Below, piece by piece: positions 12,701 to 25,668 of a stretch of DNA of 64,000 nucleotides. Source of the DNA: Eledone cirrhosa (lineage: Eukaryota); the NCBI GenBank assembly GCA_964016885.1, contig OZ024742.1, forward strand, positions 37,262,001 to 37,326,000. The letters are read 5' to 3'. The position numbers were made by a program, and so were the translations under genes. How positions within the stretch are numbered: position 1 is the first letter of the stretch; the number at the start of each line of letters is the position of its first letter. Below the pieces are notes generated by a model, which saw only the letters and a program-made list of their open reading frames with translations, was not told where the DNA came from and searched no databases.

Positions 12701-13421
12701 AACCCATAGCCTCCATGGATTTCGTCGTAGCCGTCACAATGTTGTCCAACGTGACTATTTAGGTCGCCTGCAATAATTATATAGTCACTGTTGGATATTT
12801 GGGAGGTAGTTAGCATCAGTGTCTCATAGAATCTGTCTTTTATAGTGCCGGGCAGTCCGGATTGGGGTGCGTACACAGATATTACTGTCACCGTAGTTCT
12901 ATTGAGGACAAGTCGTATTTTAATTATTCTGTCGTTCACTCTATTTACGTCTATTATCTTATCTGCCCACTTTTCTGCTACCATGATTCCTACTCCACCC
13001 AGCCCATCGTTGTTTCCCACCCAGAAAAGCTTATAGCATCGTTTTTTACCCTCAATGAATCTAGCAGACCCACCTCTCCACCTGGTCTCTTAAATACAAC
13101 AAACATCGACCTCCTTACGTTTGAGCATTTCTACAACCTCGTTAGAGCGACCCTTTAAGGTGCCTACATTCATGGTACCAACTCTGAAGTTTTGGATTGC
13201 GTTTGGAGGGTGGGAGCGGCGGGGGGAGATGGGGTTATGTTAGCCATCCGCGGCCGAAACAAAGAGGAGTGCTCGCATTCTCGTCCACGAGGTGAATTTG
13301 TCTTTATCTTTGGCATTGTCGCTGAGCGTCCAGATTTTTCTCTCTTCCACTCTCCAGAATTCCGTACTCCATCCATCCATCATATATCGAAAGGCAACCA
13401 GGCAAGCGATAGTATAGGCCT
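9770..13421 (-). mobile_element. Near full-length RTE-clade LINE (APE + RT), copy A
   Basis: 5' UTR, single ORF, 3' UTR and (GAT)n tail abutting (TA)n. Frameshift near 13200 and premature TAA at 13090-13092. Confidence 0.95.
10153..13020 (-). CDS. RTE LINE ORF remnant: APE endonuclease, reverse transcriptase and PHD-type finger
   Basis: 955 aa open. VISVYAPQ, AGDLN, SQVDY, SQHR (APE); QFGF, FVDLEKAFD, HQGSVLSP, YADD, FRYLG (RT); RRLRWYGHV, GRPRKTW (RTE C-terminus). Confidence 0.92.
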   Translation of the reverse strand: MGNNDGLGGVGIMVAEKWADKIIDVNRVNDRIIKIRLVLNRTTVTVISVYAPQSGLPGTIKDRFYETLMLTTSQISNSDYIIIAGDLNSHVGQHCDGYDEIHGGYGFGTRNEEGSRILEFCDANNLTICNTNFKKRDNHLITYRSGEHTSQVDYILTRRRDRVSVVNTKSLPHEECTSQHRLIISDLIVRTRRTRQQKRTILRRKIWKLKDPTARNKFKSILLDAFDSKEEQLESNNIEGQWEFLKANLLMAADKVCGWSRPVGRRRVTWWWNSKVEGSIKAKKQAWKVWRDGGSREDYQVARREARRQVYFARREAEERKFKHVLQREDQKREVFRIARQCVKENRDIVGEKCVLNDDGVLAITNADKKVAWKCHYERLLNEENKWEKDSLPHIDPIEGPAVLVEGSIISKAIKDMKTGKAAGPSEIVAEMLKASGTVRHTMVTRIVNQVAQNGVVPKEWHSSIIVNCYKGKGDALDRSNYRGIKLIDQVMKVTEKVIAQLIRERIILDEMQFGFVSGKSTTDALFIVRQLQEKYLAKSKPLYLAFVDLEKAFDRVPRSIIWWALRKLGVDEWLVRAIQAMYKETVSKVRINNEYSEEFSVKVSVHQGSVLSPLLFIIALQAITEEFKTGCPWELLYADDLTLIAESMAELEKKFQTWKHGLESKGLKINLAKTKVLVCRKENKAAVPSGKWPCSVCRKGVGRNSILCQKCKVWVHKRCSGITGKLTKNINFTCGRCSGAISSSKCPQNTSSFNCAEGSIEIVDSFRYLGDKISSGGGCSESTVVRVRTGWKKFRELIPLLAAKGFSLKMKGRLYDACIRTAMLHGSETWALCAEDIRRLERNEACMLRWMCNSNIRERQSINELREKLEIRGIRCCLLERRLRWYGHVMRMKVDSCITKCRAIKIDGSHGIGRPRKTWDDLINSDLTHLHLSKTMSLDRDLWRYSVIEKTRLT

Positions 13422-13443
13422 CTGGCTTATGATTGATATATAT

Positions 13444-16400
13444 AGACTCTGCTATCACTTCTGGCTGCTTTTCGATATGATGGATGGACTAAGGAATTTC
13501 TGGAGAGTCTGAAGAATCTGGACACTCGATGACAATGCCAAAGATAACGACAAATTCACCTCATGCGGCCGGACGAAAGGGCAAGGCCCCCTCCTCTTTG
13601 TTTCGGCCGCGGATGGCCAACATAACCCCAACCCCATCCCCCTCACCCATCCCTGCGCCCCATCCTCCAAACACAATCCAAAACTCCAGAGTTGGTACCA
13701 TAAATGTAAGCACCTTAAAAGGCCGCTCTAATGAGGTTGTAGAAATGCTTGAACGTAAGGGTGTTGATGTTTGCTGTATTCAAGAGACCAGGTGGAGGGG
13801 CGGGTCTGCTAGATTCATTGTGGGTAAAAAACGTTGCTATAAGCTTTTCTGGGTGGGAAATGACAATGGGATAGGTGGGGTAGGAATCATGTTAGCAGAA
13901 AAATGGGTGGATAAGATAATAGATGTAAATAGAGTAAATGACAGAATAATTAAAATAAGACTTGTTCTAAATAGAACTACTGTGACAGTAATATCGGCAT
14001 ACGCGCCCCAATCCGGACTGCCTGGCGCTCTAAAAGACAGATTCTATGAGATACTGATGCTCACTACCTCCCAAATAACCGACAGTGACTATATAATTAT
14101 TGCTGGCGACCTAAATGGCCACGTTGGTCAACATTGCGACGACTATGACGGAATCCACGGAGGCTATGGGTTTGGTACTAGAAATGAGGAAGGCTCCAGA
14201 ATCCTGGAATTCTGTGATGCAAATAACCTAACTATCTGTAACACTAACTTCAAAAATCGAGACAATCACTTGATCACCTACAGATCAAGGGAACATACCA
14301 GCCAGGTAGATTATATCCTTACCAGAAGACGTGACAGAGTGTCTGTTGTAAACACTAAATCCCTCCCCCATGAAGAATGCACCTCCCAACATAGACTCAT
14401 CATTAGCGACCTCATAGTCAGGACAAGACGTATTCGACAACAGAAGAGGACTATCCTCAGGAGAAAAATATGGAAGCTAAAGGACCCCACAGCCAGAAAT
14501 AAATTTAAAAGCATATTACTTGATGCTTTCGACAGTAAGGAAGAGCAATTAGAGTCGTACAATATAGAGGAACAGTGGGAATTCCTGAAAGCAAACCTAC
14601 TGATGGCGGCAGACAAAGTCTGTGGCTGGAGTAGGCCTGTAGGCAGGAGGAGAGTAACATGGTGGTGGAACAGTAAGGTGGAGGAGTCAATTAAGGCCAA
14701 AAAGCAGGCTTGGAAAGTATGGCGGGATGGGGGAAGCTAGGAGACAAGTGTACTTCGCAAGAAGGGAAGCAGAGGAAAGAAAGTTCAAGCATGTTCTACA
14801 ACGCGAGGACCAAAAACGTGAGGTGTTCAGGATTGCTAGGCAATGTGTCGAGGAAAACCGTGATATTGTCGGGGGGAAGTGTGTACTTAATGATGATGGC
14901 GTACTTGCCATCACTGACGCTGATAAGAAGGTAGCTTGGAAGTGTCACTACGAAAGGCTACTAAATGAGGAGAATAAATGGGAGAAAGACAGTCTACCCC
15001 ACATCGACCCAATAGAGGGACAAGCTGTGTGAGTCGAAGGTAGTATAATAAGTAAGGCAATCAAAGATATGAAGACGGGTAAGGCGGCTGGGCCTTCGGA
15101 AATAGTTGCTGAGATGCTGAAAGCCTCTGGAACGGTGGGACACACTATGGTTACCCGGATAGTAAACCAAGTCATACAGAATGGGGTTGTTCCGAAGGAC
15201 TGGCGTAGCAGCATCATCATTAACTGCTACAAGGGTAAAGGAGATGCCCTAGATAGGAGTAACTATAGAGGCATTAAATTAATCGACCAGGTCATGAAGG
15301 TCACGGAAAAAGTAATAGCGCAACTAATCAGAGAGAGAATCGATCTAGATGAAATGCAGTTCGGGTTTGTGTCAGGCAAAAGTACCACAGACGCTCTTTT
15401 CATTGTACGACAACTACAGGAGAAGTACCTAGCTAAAAGTAAACCCCTATACTTAGCTTTCGTCGACTTGGAGAAAGCCTACGACAGAGTCCCCCGTTCC
15501 ATTATCGCATGGGCTCTTAGAAAACTAGGTGTTGATGAATGGCTTGTGAGAGCTATACAAGCCATGTATAAAGAAACAGTCAGCACGGTTAGAATTAACA
15601 ACGAATATAGTGAAGAGTTTAGCGTAAAAGTTGGTGTTCATCAGGGCTCTGTTCTTAGCCCCCTACTATTTATTATTGCCCTTCAGGCTATAACAGTGGA
15701 GTTCAAGACTGGCTGCCCATGGGAACTCCTATACACAGATGATCTAACGCTCATAGCTGAATCAATGGCCGAGCTAGAGAAGAAATTCCAAACATGGAAG
15801 CACGGCCTAGAATCAAAAGGCCTTAAAATTAACCTGGCTAAGACTAAAGTTCTAGTTTGTAGGAAAGAAAATAAGGTGCCGGTCCCTTCCGGGAAATGGC
15901 CATGCTCAGTGTGTAGGAAAGGCGTAGGCAGAAACTCCATTTTATGTCCCAAATGCAAAGTATGGGTGCATAAAAGATGTAGTGGGATCATAGGTAAGCT
16001 AACTAAGAACATAGATTTTACATGTGGCCGGTGCTCTGGTACAATAAGTAGCAGCAAGTGCCCACAAAATACTAGCTCTTTCAATTGCGCAGAGGGTTCT
16101 ATAGAAATAGTGGACAGCTTCCGTTACCTGGGTGACAAAATCAGCAGTGGGGGAGGGTGCTCTGAAAGTACAGTAGCTAGAGTCAGAACTGGATGGAAAA
16201 AGTTCAGAGAGCTTATACCTCTATTAGCCGCTAAAGGGTTCTCCCTAAAAATGAAAGGCAGGCTGTATGATGCCTGCATACGAACAGCAATGTTGCATGG
16301 CAGTGAGACCTGGGCATTGTGTGCAGAGGATATACGCAGACTAGAGAGGAACGAAGCTTGCATGCTCCGCTGGATGTGTAATAGTAATATACGCGAACGG

Positions 16401-16866
16401 CAAAGCATAAACGAACTAAGGGAAAAATTAGAAATAAGAGGGATCAGATGTTGTTTACTCGAGAGAAGGCTACGTTGGTATGGTCACGTAATGCGCATGA
16501 AAGACGACAGCTCTATAAAAAAGTGCAGGGCAATAAAGATAGACGGTAGCCACGGAGTAGGCAGACCCAGAAAAACCTGGGACGACCTGATAAACTCCGA
16601 CCTGATAAACTCCGACCTCACACACTTACACCTCTCCAAGACAATGTCACTGGACCGAGATCTTTGGCGGCACTCAGTAATAGAGAAGACCTGCCTTACC
16701 TAAATACAAAGTAAAACCTACTACAGTCAGTAGGCATCTCTAACAAAATACACCCCCGTCCCACCACCCCCACCCCATCCACACCGCCCCTTTCAATGTA
16801 AACTTATGTTGGTGCCACAACATCCAGACCGAAACAAATGAGATCGTGTAGGTGTCACGACAAAAA
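13444..16866 (+). mobile_element. Near full-length RTE-clade LINE, copy B (3' tail missing)
   Basis: Inverted homologue of copy A; ORF pieces 13529..14740, 14727..15032 and 15069..16703. Confidence 0.95.
13529..16703 (+). pseudogene. Disrupted RTE ORF (APE-RT-PHD)
   Basis: 32-bp deletion between GGGAAG repeats near 14737 (frameshift), TGA at 15030-15032, YADD changed to YTDD, and a 15-bp duplication giving DLINSDLINS. Confidence 0.9.
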
Positions 16867-17958
16867 TTTATTGTGTGTGTGTGTGTGTTCTAGTTGTTCA
16901 AACAGAATAGAACAGCTTGCTTGTGAAATTAATGTGCAAGTGATTGAACATTCTACTCACACATGTAGCCTTAACATAATTCTCAGGCAGATTCAGCATA
17001 ACACATTGTGTAAAAAAAAGCTGGCCTTTTCATTTACATGTACAACATGCTTTTTTTGGCTGGGTGGACTGGACTAATGTGAAATATAGTGTCTTACCCA
17101 AAGATGCTGGGAATCAAACTCATGGCCTTATGATCATATACCAAATGCTACACATTTTCATGATATATATGTCTCGTTCTTTTCTCTATGAATCTGACAT
17201 TTCTGTTCTTCATTAAGCACTGTTTGACTTAACTATTGCAATTTTGAGTATCTATTTATCATTAATATGTAGTTTCAGGTAAGTTCTATTTTTATTTTTG
17301 TTAAAATTATTGTTCCTCTCTTTGCTCTGTACTGTTTTTTCATCTCATTCCTTGTCTCCTAAAATGCTCCAGGATAGTGTTTAACTATTTTGTTAGATAT
17401 TGTGACTCTGAATGGATCAGTAGTACTGTTGATAGGGGTTGAAACTATTTAAGTCCATTTCAACATCTGATGACCTCAAAGTTGTTTGTTCCATTCATGT
17501 TACCACCTTTGTGGTATATTTGTCTGTTCCTATACTCTTGTCTGTTTTTCACTGTATCTGTTGCTGTATATACACAACTTGGTATCATTCTTATACTTTT
17601 CTTCATTCACTCGTATTCCTTTTCTTTTCATTCAACATAAATGTTTTCATTGTACACATTTTTTCTATGAGCTTATATTTTATCCACTTTGTGTTTTCAA
17701 TTTTCACCTTTTTTCCTTGTCCTACTTGTTTTTTACCTATATATATATTTCATATATACTCATATATATATATATATAATGTGTGCATCCCACTGCAAAA
17801 TGGCTATAATTATATTTGGTGCATTGCAGGTTACTTGTTGCCTTGATGGCAGTAACTTCTAAAATGATTTTTTTTTTTTTTTTTTTTTTTTTTGTTATAG
17901 TTGAACAGACACATATCTTAATATATTGACTAATTTTGATATATTTATATATTTTCAG

Positions 17959-18129
17959 GGACCCGTGTTGATACAAACACTTTTACAAGACCTAAAAAGA
18001 ATAAAGAATCACTCCGTTTGCTTCCTGTAGAGAGTTCATCCAATAAGGAATCGGAACCTCAAAACCAAGTTGCCAACCGTATTCCAGATGTTTCAGATAT
18101 TCAGAATATGGCAAAATTGCAAGAAGAAA
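17959..18129 (+). CDS. SLAIN: SLAIN-motif protein, internal exon (phase 1-1)
   Basis: ttttcag/GG..GAAA/gtgagt; encodes TRVDTNTFTRPKK...DVSDIQNMAKLQEE, matching the SLAIN DVQIMARLQEESLRQ motif. Confidence 0.88.
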
Positions 18130-19406
18130 GTGAGTGACTCTGTCTCTCTCTATCGATTATTAGTACAATAATTTTCACCTTATAACTATTTAATGTATAT
18201 GGACTTAGTTTCATTTAAGTAATTGCAAGAAGAAAATAAGTAAATTCTGTCTGTGGATTATTTAACTTTTAACATCTTGTAATGATTTAGCAGAAAATAT
18301 CTAAAGTCAGGTTTGTTCATTCACCTTTTTTTAGTATCTTTACTAGTGGACAGATTGCTGTGGAAATTTGCAGTACTATAGTAAAGACTTGGTTTTTCAA
18401 CTTTTATGGATTGTGAAGGTGTGTGACTTAGTAGTTAGTGTGTTGGGCTCATGATCATATAGCTGTGAGTGCAATTCCTGGTCTGGGCAGCCCTAGTCCA
18501 CTCAACTGGAAAAAATTGGTTGTGACAACACTGGTGCTAAACTGTATCAGTGTATACCTTTTCTTTACACAAGGAAAAGCACATACTGCTAGTATATTCC
18601 TTTCTTGGATACTGATAGTGTGAAGTGTGGAAATTGCCAGGCTTATGCTTTGGAGAAGAATTTTCCAGGTGTAACTTCATTGTCAGTCATAGTCAAGAGA
18701 GGCCCCATGACATGTCTCATGTCTTATACAGTAACAGTCAGCTTAGCAAGGCATGTCCCCTTCATATTGTGTATTATATAGTGATCAACCATAATACACT
18801 ACAGTTTATAGTGGTATGTACTTTAATTGTTAGGACAATAACATATGTAATAATCACTTGATACTAACATACTAACAATCTTGGGCACATTTGCTTGAAA
18901 GAATGGAGATGTCATAGAGTAGTCATGACAGCCTCTTTAGTGTTGATGTCATAAAATGCACTGAATACTCTTTGCAAAATGGTTTGGCTGTTGAGTGGAG
19001 ATAAGGTAGCATAGAGAGGACTCTAGCTTTACTGAGGATATGACAACCTCTCTGGTGTTGGTGCTATGATAAAATGTACTCATTATACTCCATATAGTGT
19101 TTGGTGTTAGGATGGACACCCAATTGTAGAAACTGTTCCAAAAATGGAATGTGTGAGTGAAATGTAGTTCCCTGGCCTGTCAAGGGGGGCAGTAACTCTG
19201 AATAAGAACAGACACTCCATAACAAACTGTTCCACCTGTGCCATTGTATCTATTGTATCAATGATATTGTATCTATTAGAGACACCAGTGTTCAGTTTTG
19301 ACAGTATCAAACAACTTTATATTATATCATTTGATATATTGTTATAATATCTGTGATGATGTGACTATAATTACTTAGTGATAACATTAATATCATTATT
19401 TTCCAG

Positions 19407-19448
19407 GTTTACGACAAAGTATCTCACCTCTGTCTTCTCCGAGGAAAG
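19407..19448 (+). CDS. SLAIN: SLAIN-motif protein, 42-nt exon
   Basis: ttccag/GT..AAAG/gtaagt; SLRQSISPLSSPRK completes the QEESLRQ motif in frame. Confidence 0.88.
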
Positions 19449-21436
19449 GTAAGTCAGCAATGTGTTGAGTGGCCTTGGTGGGTAACTGTAGGTGTTTCAA
19501 CACCCTAGTGCAGCCCATTCTTGTCGTCCGTTATGAAATGTGTAAGGTAGCTGATGAGACTTTTCTAGAACATTCTAGAATTTAATGTAGTTTATCCTTC
19601 TTCAGATTGTTGGAGAAGGGACCAAGGCTTTCTATAATTTTCTAGAACCTTAAACATCCAATACACTTTAAAGTGGTTTATGTTAGGAAGGGCTTTATAT
19701 CAGATATGAGGTGTATGAGTAAGACATGGTTCTCCAGCCAGTCTAGACATGAACTGTAACAACTCCTGCCAGTACCGAAAGTAGGCATAAAATGATGATG
19801 GCACACACACATATGAAAGTGAATTGGCAGAGTTGTTAAAATGTTGGATAAATATTTTTGCAGCATTTGTCTGTGCCTTACATTCAAATTTCATTATGGT
19901 CAACTTTGCCTTTCATCCTTTTGGGGGTTGATAAAGTACCACAATTAAATGTTCTCTCCTTGGAAGAAAATAGCTGTATTCAAACCGAGAGAGGGATGGG
20001 CTCAGAGAGGTTTATCAGGCTGCTGCCTCTATAACTGAATGTTTATTGTTGAAATCGATGGAGTATGCACCATCATATGTTTGTCCAAGTTGTTTTTATA
20101 AGAGTGACAAAGTGTTGGAATCAGTAGAGTGTTGAACAAAATGAAGTATTTCTATTTTTTTTTTTACGTTCTAGTTTTGAATTCAAATCCCATCCAGTGC
20201 TTTCATCCATTCGGGGCTCAATAAAAAAACTGGTGTTACGAATGAGATTCAACTGTAGAAACTCTATTAAAAAAGGTTTCAAGGGCTCTTCAGTTGTATC
20301 AGGGGCATAACAACCTCTCTAGTGCCAGTGCCACAACAAAGCATACTCAGTACACTCTGTAAAGTAGTTGGAGATAGGAATGACATCCAGTCGAAGAAAA
20401 CAACATGGCAAACAAAGGGACTCTTCAGGTGTTGCAAAGATATGATCTCCCTAATGCTGGTACTATAATAAAATGCATCCAGTACATTCTGTAGAGTGTG
20501 AGAATGCATGTAAGTGAGATATGGACAGTGACCCTCTGAGTGGTTAGTAGCTAAACTGAGTATTGATTTGGTCTGCATTGACCTGTCCAGCCCTTACTAT
20601 CAGGGAAGACAAATTAAATGATCATGATGATCAGTCAAGTATTGAAATCAAAATAATCAACTGTTCTCTCCCCATCAAAATTTCTGGCCTTGTGTCATTA
20701 TTAAATCCCGCCGAGGTTAACTTTGCCTTTCATCCTTACGGGGTCGATAAAATAAAGTACCAGTAATACACTGGGATAATTGCTGGCCTTGTGCACCAAA
20801 AAGTAGAAACAATTATTATTAGACAGAATTGTTAGAGCATTGGACAAAATGCTTTGTGGCATCTAACTACGGCCCCTTACATTCTGAGATCAAATCTTGC
20901 TGCAGTCAACATTGCCTTTCATCTTTCTAGGTTGATAAAATAAAGTGTCAGTCAAGCACAGGGTTCGATTTAACTCTTTTGTTAGCAATCTGGCCCAGAT
21001 CAGCTCTGGCTGTATGAAATAAAGCTACTCATTTTAAAGGTTTCCAATTTAAATTAAAATCTTCCAACATAATTTTATATAAGGACCTTATATTACGTTA
21101 TTATCTTAGTAATGAAATAATTAATAATTTTAGTAAATTCCTCGAAATTTGTTGTTAATTAATTGAAATAGAGTATTTCATTAGAAATGCAGTTATAAAA
21201 GGGTTAATCAATTTTCCTCTCTTCTGAAAATTGCTGGCCTTGTGCCTAAATGAAAAATTATTGCTGTTGCTGCTGCTGCTGCTACTACTGCTGCTACTAC
21301 TACTACTACTACTACTGTTGCATTTTTTACATTAACCCCATTAACTGTGTTGGATATAGAACCACTACTTATGTATCTTGCTTGTGAATGTTTTTGTGTA
21401 TGAGAGAAGTAGACTCCCTAGCTTTCTGTGTGACAA

Positions 21437-21600
21437 TCTACTGTGGTTGAGTGGCTAAGATGTGAATTTCGCAATCATGAGGTTTTGAGTTCGATTCCAA
21501 TGCATGGCATCTTTGGCAAGTGTCTTACCATAATTTCAGATTGACCAAAGTCTCTGAGTGAATTTGGGTGAATGGAAACTGTGTGAAAGCCTGTTGGATG
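21437..21600 (+). mobile_element. tRNA-derived SINE
   Basis: A-box TGGTTGAGTGG and B-box GAGTTCGATTCC; related copy at ~54620-54770. Confidence 0.7.
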
Positions 21601-22242
21601 GGTGATACCTATAATTGAAAAGGGTTGCCTTGTCACTCTCAATCATGCTGATTCTATCTGAGAATTACATTGAGGGTACATGGGTCTGTTGAATACACAA
21701 CCACTATAAGATAATAGATGGATAGTAGCCTGAGCGACACTGTGTGGTGGATGTATGTGTTTGTGGGAGGAAGGGAGACACTTCTGTTTGTTGGAGAGAC
21801 TGTGTGATGAGTATATATGTAGAGGAGATGCACTGTCTTCATGTGAGCTCAAAATGGTTTGCTTGTGACTCCATCTGTTACCTGTCACATCTTTCTGGAA
21901 CACTACATCTTCAGAATGATTAATTATACCACTCCTGCCGTCACTTCACCTCTTTCCTCCTCCTCCTCTCTTTGGGTTGTTACTTCTCTTCCATTATTAT
22001 ATCATCTCTCCTCTCTCACTCCCCTCTTCAATCTTCCAATATTAACACTATTTCCTCTCTTCTGATATATATGCCTAATTGATTAATTAATTCGTTTACT
22101 GCAGTTGTTTGTTTATTTTATCAGTACCTTGTGTTTGTTGTTTCCACCCTTGCTATTGTTATAGTTCCTCTGCCTGCACTAACACTTGGTTTCTCAACTT
22201 ATCTGTAGTTCCATTGGTTTGTATATTATCAGAACCTAATTC

Positions 22243-22278
<36 letters not shown>

Positions 22279-22414
22279 GTATACACTATTTAATTGAAGT
22301 ATTATTCTACTTATGTATATTGAGTACTTTTTTCACTTGTTTGTGTGCACTAACTTGTATTTAATCTTTTATATACATATTAGAAATGAGAGAAATCCTT
22401 GGTACAGTAAAATA

Positions 22415-22819
22415 TGTTTGAAAAATGATAATGATTTCTGGTGGTTATTCTTTAACAATTAAATGTTTTACAAAGAACAGTTGTAGTAACACTTTGTTGA
22501 TAAAATGTTTGATCCATAAACTAGAGTTTCTTACTTAAGAGCAATTTTCAAACTGGTCTTTCTCTTCTGAGCTTTCTTCTTGATATAGTTGTGGCACATG
22601 CCTAAAGGTTGGGGTTTAGACAGAAATATAAACATGTGTGTCATTGTTTAGAGGTTTAAACTATAGGTGTTATGGGTTTGGGTGTGAATGGGGTAGTGGG
22701 ATAATCAAAGCAATTGAGGATAAAAATGTTAACAAAAAGAGTGTTCGTAAAAAAATATCTTTTTGGTTCTAAAAGCAAGATATGTGCATGCACACACACA
22801 CACACACACTCATATATAT

Positions 22820-22855
<36 letters not shown>

Positions 22856-25668
22856 CAGATGTATGTATTCTCATTGTTTTTCTCTATTTATTGGTTGTTT
22901 GAATCCCACCACAAAATTTAACTAAGCCAATCTTGTAAAAACACAAAAGAATTTTGTTGGAAACTACAATTAAAAGTATTCTTTCAGAATTTAGAATTTG
23001 AAGGTGAACCACTTGTCAAAAGGAAAATGGAATTCAAACGACCTATAGAGATAGGCACTGGGAAGAATACTTAACCTGCATATGATGATCAGCACAATCC
23101 AGTATTGTGGAGAAAAGTTATAAATCTAACATAACTAAAGGCCAATTACAAGCAATAAACAATTTGCTTAAATACTCCTTAATAACTATCAAAGAAGTTG
23201 GCATGGGTGGATTAATTGTAATTATAGTTGAAAATCACAACAAAGATATGGTTTTAGAACAATTAAATGACAGACAAGGAACTAAACCAAGATGAAGAGA
23301 AAATAACAATGATTAAAGTAGGTAAACTTACATTAAAATGCTAAGTTAATCCAACACAGAATGAAGTCAATTACTTAAACAACTTTGAAAACAATAATTT
23401 TTATGGATTACCTAAAATTTATAATTCAAGACAAATCTAAGACAGCATAAAAGGAAAACAGACATGTCAAAATCCCCAAATTTACAGATTTAAAACTATA
23501 CCCAATCATTGCTAACCCAGCATCAAATGCACACACAATGCCTGAGAACTATTTTGGATATGATATTAAAACCATTATGTAAAATACTACCAAGCTTCTT
23601 CTGAATTTCTTAAATTACATACCCCAAAAAGTACATCAAGAAACAGTTGTAGTTAGTTTTGCTGTAACAAGTCTATATACCAGTATCCCACATAAACATA
23701 ATTTAGGAATTGAAACTAACCTTCTGGTTGACAAAACATTCAGATCATATCCCAGAGAGATTTTCAAAAGATTTTATTTTAGAAGAACTAAAATTAGCAC
23801 TGAGAATAACGTTTTTTTTTGTTTTTTTTCTTAAATCATGGAAAACAATTTTTATTTACAAATAAAAGAGACAGTCATGGGCACACAGGTAGCCCTTACC
23901 ATATGCAACACACACAGTGGGCCTCTTAGAATAAAAGCTATATTCCTAATTACTAGAAACATTTAACCAAGACTTTGCCATCTATGTAAGGAACAAATGG
24001 AAATGGTTTTTGAACAACTGTTTCATATTTTGTAATAGAAGTCAAAGAATAAATGAAATTCAAAATGGAATGGCATGCAAAGGTACAGTCATTATTGGAC
24101 ATTTTAATTATCAAAGAAGAGAATATTAAAATAGATATTTTATAAACAATATTTGAATGTTTGATTTTCCCATCCTTCACAAATGAAAAGAAACATTCTA
24201 TTCAATATAGCAAAACATATCTACACCATATAACAGGTACCACATTATGTGAAAAAAGATTACAAGAATTGAAAGTGTTTCTTGAAAGACAAAAATACTC
24301 AGTGAATCTTATTTTCAAGGCCCAAAACATTGCAATTACAAAACTCAAAACTCAACACAGGAAAATGAAAATGAACAAATGATTGTCCCTTTGTAAATCA
24401 TTCACAATTCAAGGAACCACAATATTCTAAATGCTGTTAAAAGATATCTCTTGATTCTTCAATAGCCCCCTAAAATAAATGAACTCTTGTAAGTACACAT
24501 AATTTACAGTAGACACCAAGCACCCAATCTAAAGAAATTGTTAACTAAGGATAGATTCACTTCAAGAAGTGAAATAATGTCATTTCAAAAGTGTGACCCT
24601 TGATTGCGGGACATGCTAATATATTAAAGAGAATGAACAAAGTATTTTTAAAGACAACAACATTTTTTAAATCAGACAAATATGAATTGCAAACCAAGAA
24701 ACATGATTATATTGTCCTATTTTCCCACAATGCAAAGAAATGTTGAAGAAACTGGAACAGGACTATATGACAGAGTAAGGGTCTATAACCCCCCCCCCCC
24801 CCCCCCCCTCCCCCCCAACAAAATAGGGACCCTTCTGTTCAGAAACACAATATGCAATGAAAACTTAGAAAAATGCAGAAAGGGAAGATTTGCAATATTT
24901 CCATTCTTTAAGATATGGTTGGAAAATGAACATATTTGGAAATACAAAGAGCTTTTTATCAAAAGATACTAGCTGAAACCTGAATGTAAAATAACATTTA
25001 ATCAACTAGAAATCTCATTACACTGATTTCAATGTCACATGACAACATCAACAACACACCATCTAGATAACCAATCACAAGGATCCTTCTAATTAATCCT
25101 TTTAGCATTTACATGACTCTATATATACTATTGTATTTTCATGATAAATGCTTTACTTCACATAATTATCTCACATAATATCGAATCTATGAGATTTTGA
25201 TAGTATTTATTTTGAGAACAATACCGTAACATCAGTTTGAGTGGCCGGTTACAGCCGGTTTGAACATCAAAGGGTTAAATTCCCCTCCCTAAAATTGTGT
25301 GTGTGCGTGTGTAAGTACACCTATATGAATGTATATATTTGTATGTGTACACAGGTGGGCATGTATGTATATGAATGTATATTTGGATATATATCTACAC
25401 ACATACATACACACACACACACATATTTGTGTGTCCTCAATTGATTTGATTTGCACACTCTCCATCCTATCCCTTCCCCACCTTCAGACATGTGTCAGAA
25501 CTATATTAAAAGGAAAGTTCAGGAGAGAAAGATCAGTTTGAAAATTACTCTTAAGCAAGAAACTCTAGTCTTATCAAATGTTTGATCTACAAAGAGTTAC
25601 TATAATTGCACATTGTAGAACATTCCATCAATAAAGAATAACAGAAAAGTCATAATTATTTTTCAAAT
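22415..25668 (+). mobile_element. Decayed Penelope-like element (RT + GIY-YIG) between inverted terminal repeats
   Basis: Remnants FYGLPKI (~23400), SFAVTSLYTSIP (~23655), QIKETVMGTQVA (~23860), DIFYK, CGTC (~24605), NCKPRN and ETGTGLYDRVRV. 22415-22615 is an inverted homologue of 25476-25668. Confidence 0.85.
25093..25278. mobile_element. TTAA-flanked MITE (piggyBac-like ends), family 1
   Basis: TTAA..CCTTTTAGCATTT ... CAAAGGG-TTAA; homologous to 45670-45851 and 61551-61748. Confidence 0.65.

Noticed and set aside
13444-13630. Ribozyme in the RTE 5' region (HDV-like, or hammerhead CTGAAGA 13509 / GAAA 13575)
   Set aside because: I could not build an HDV P2/P1.1 pseudoknot. The hammerhead-like fold needs a bulge and is not conserved in sister copy A.
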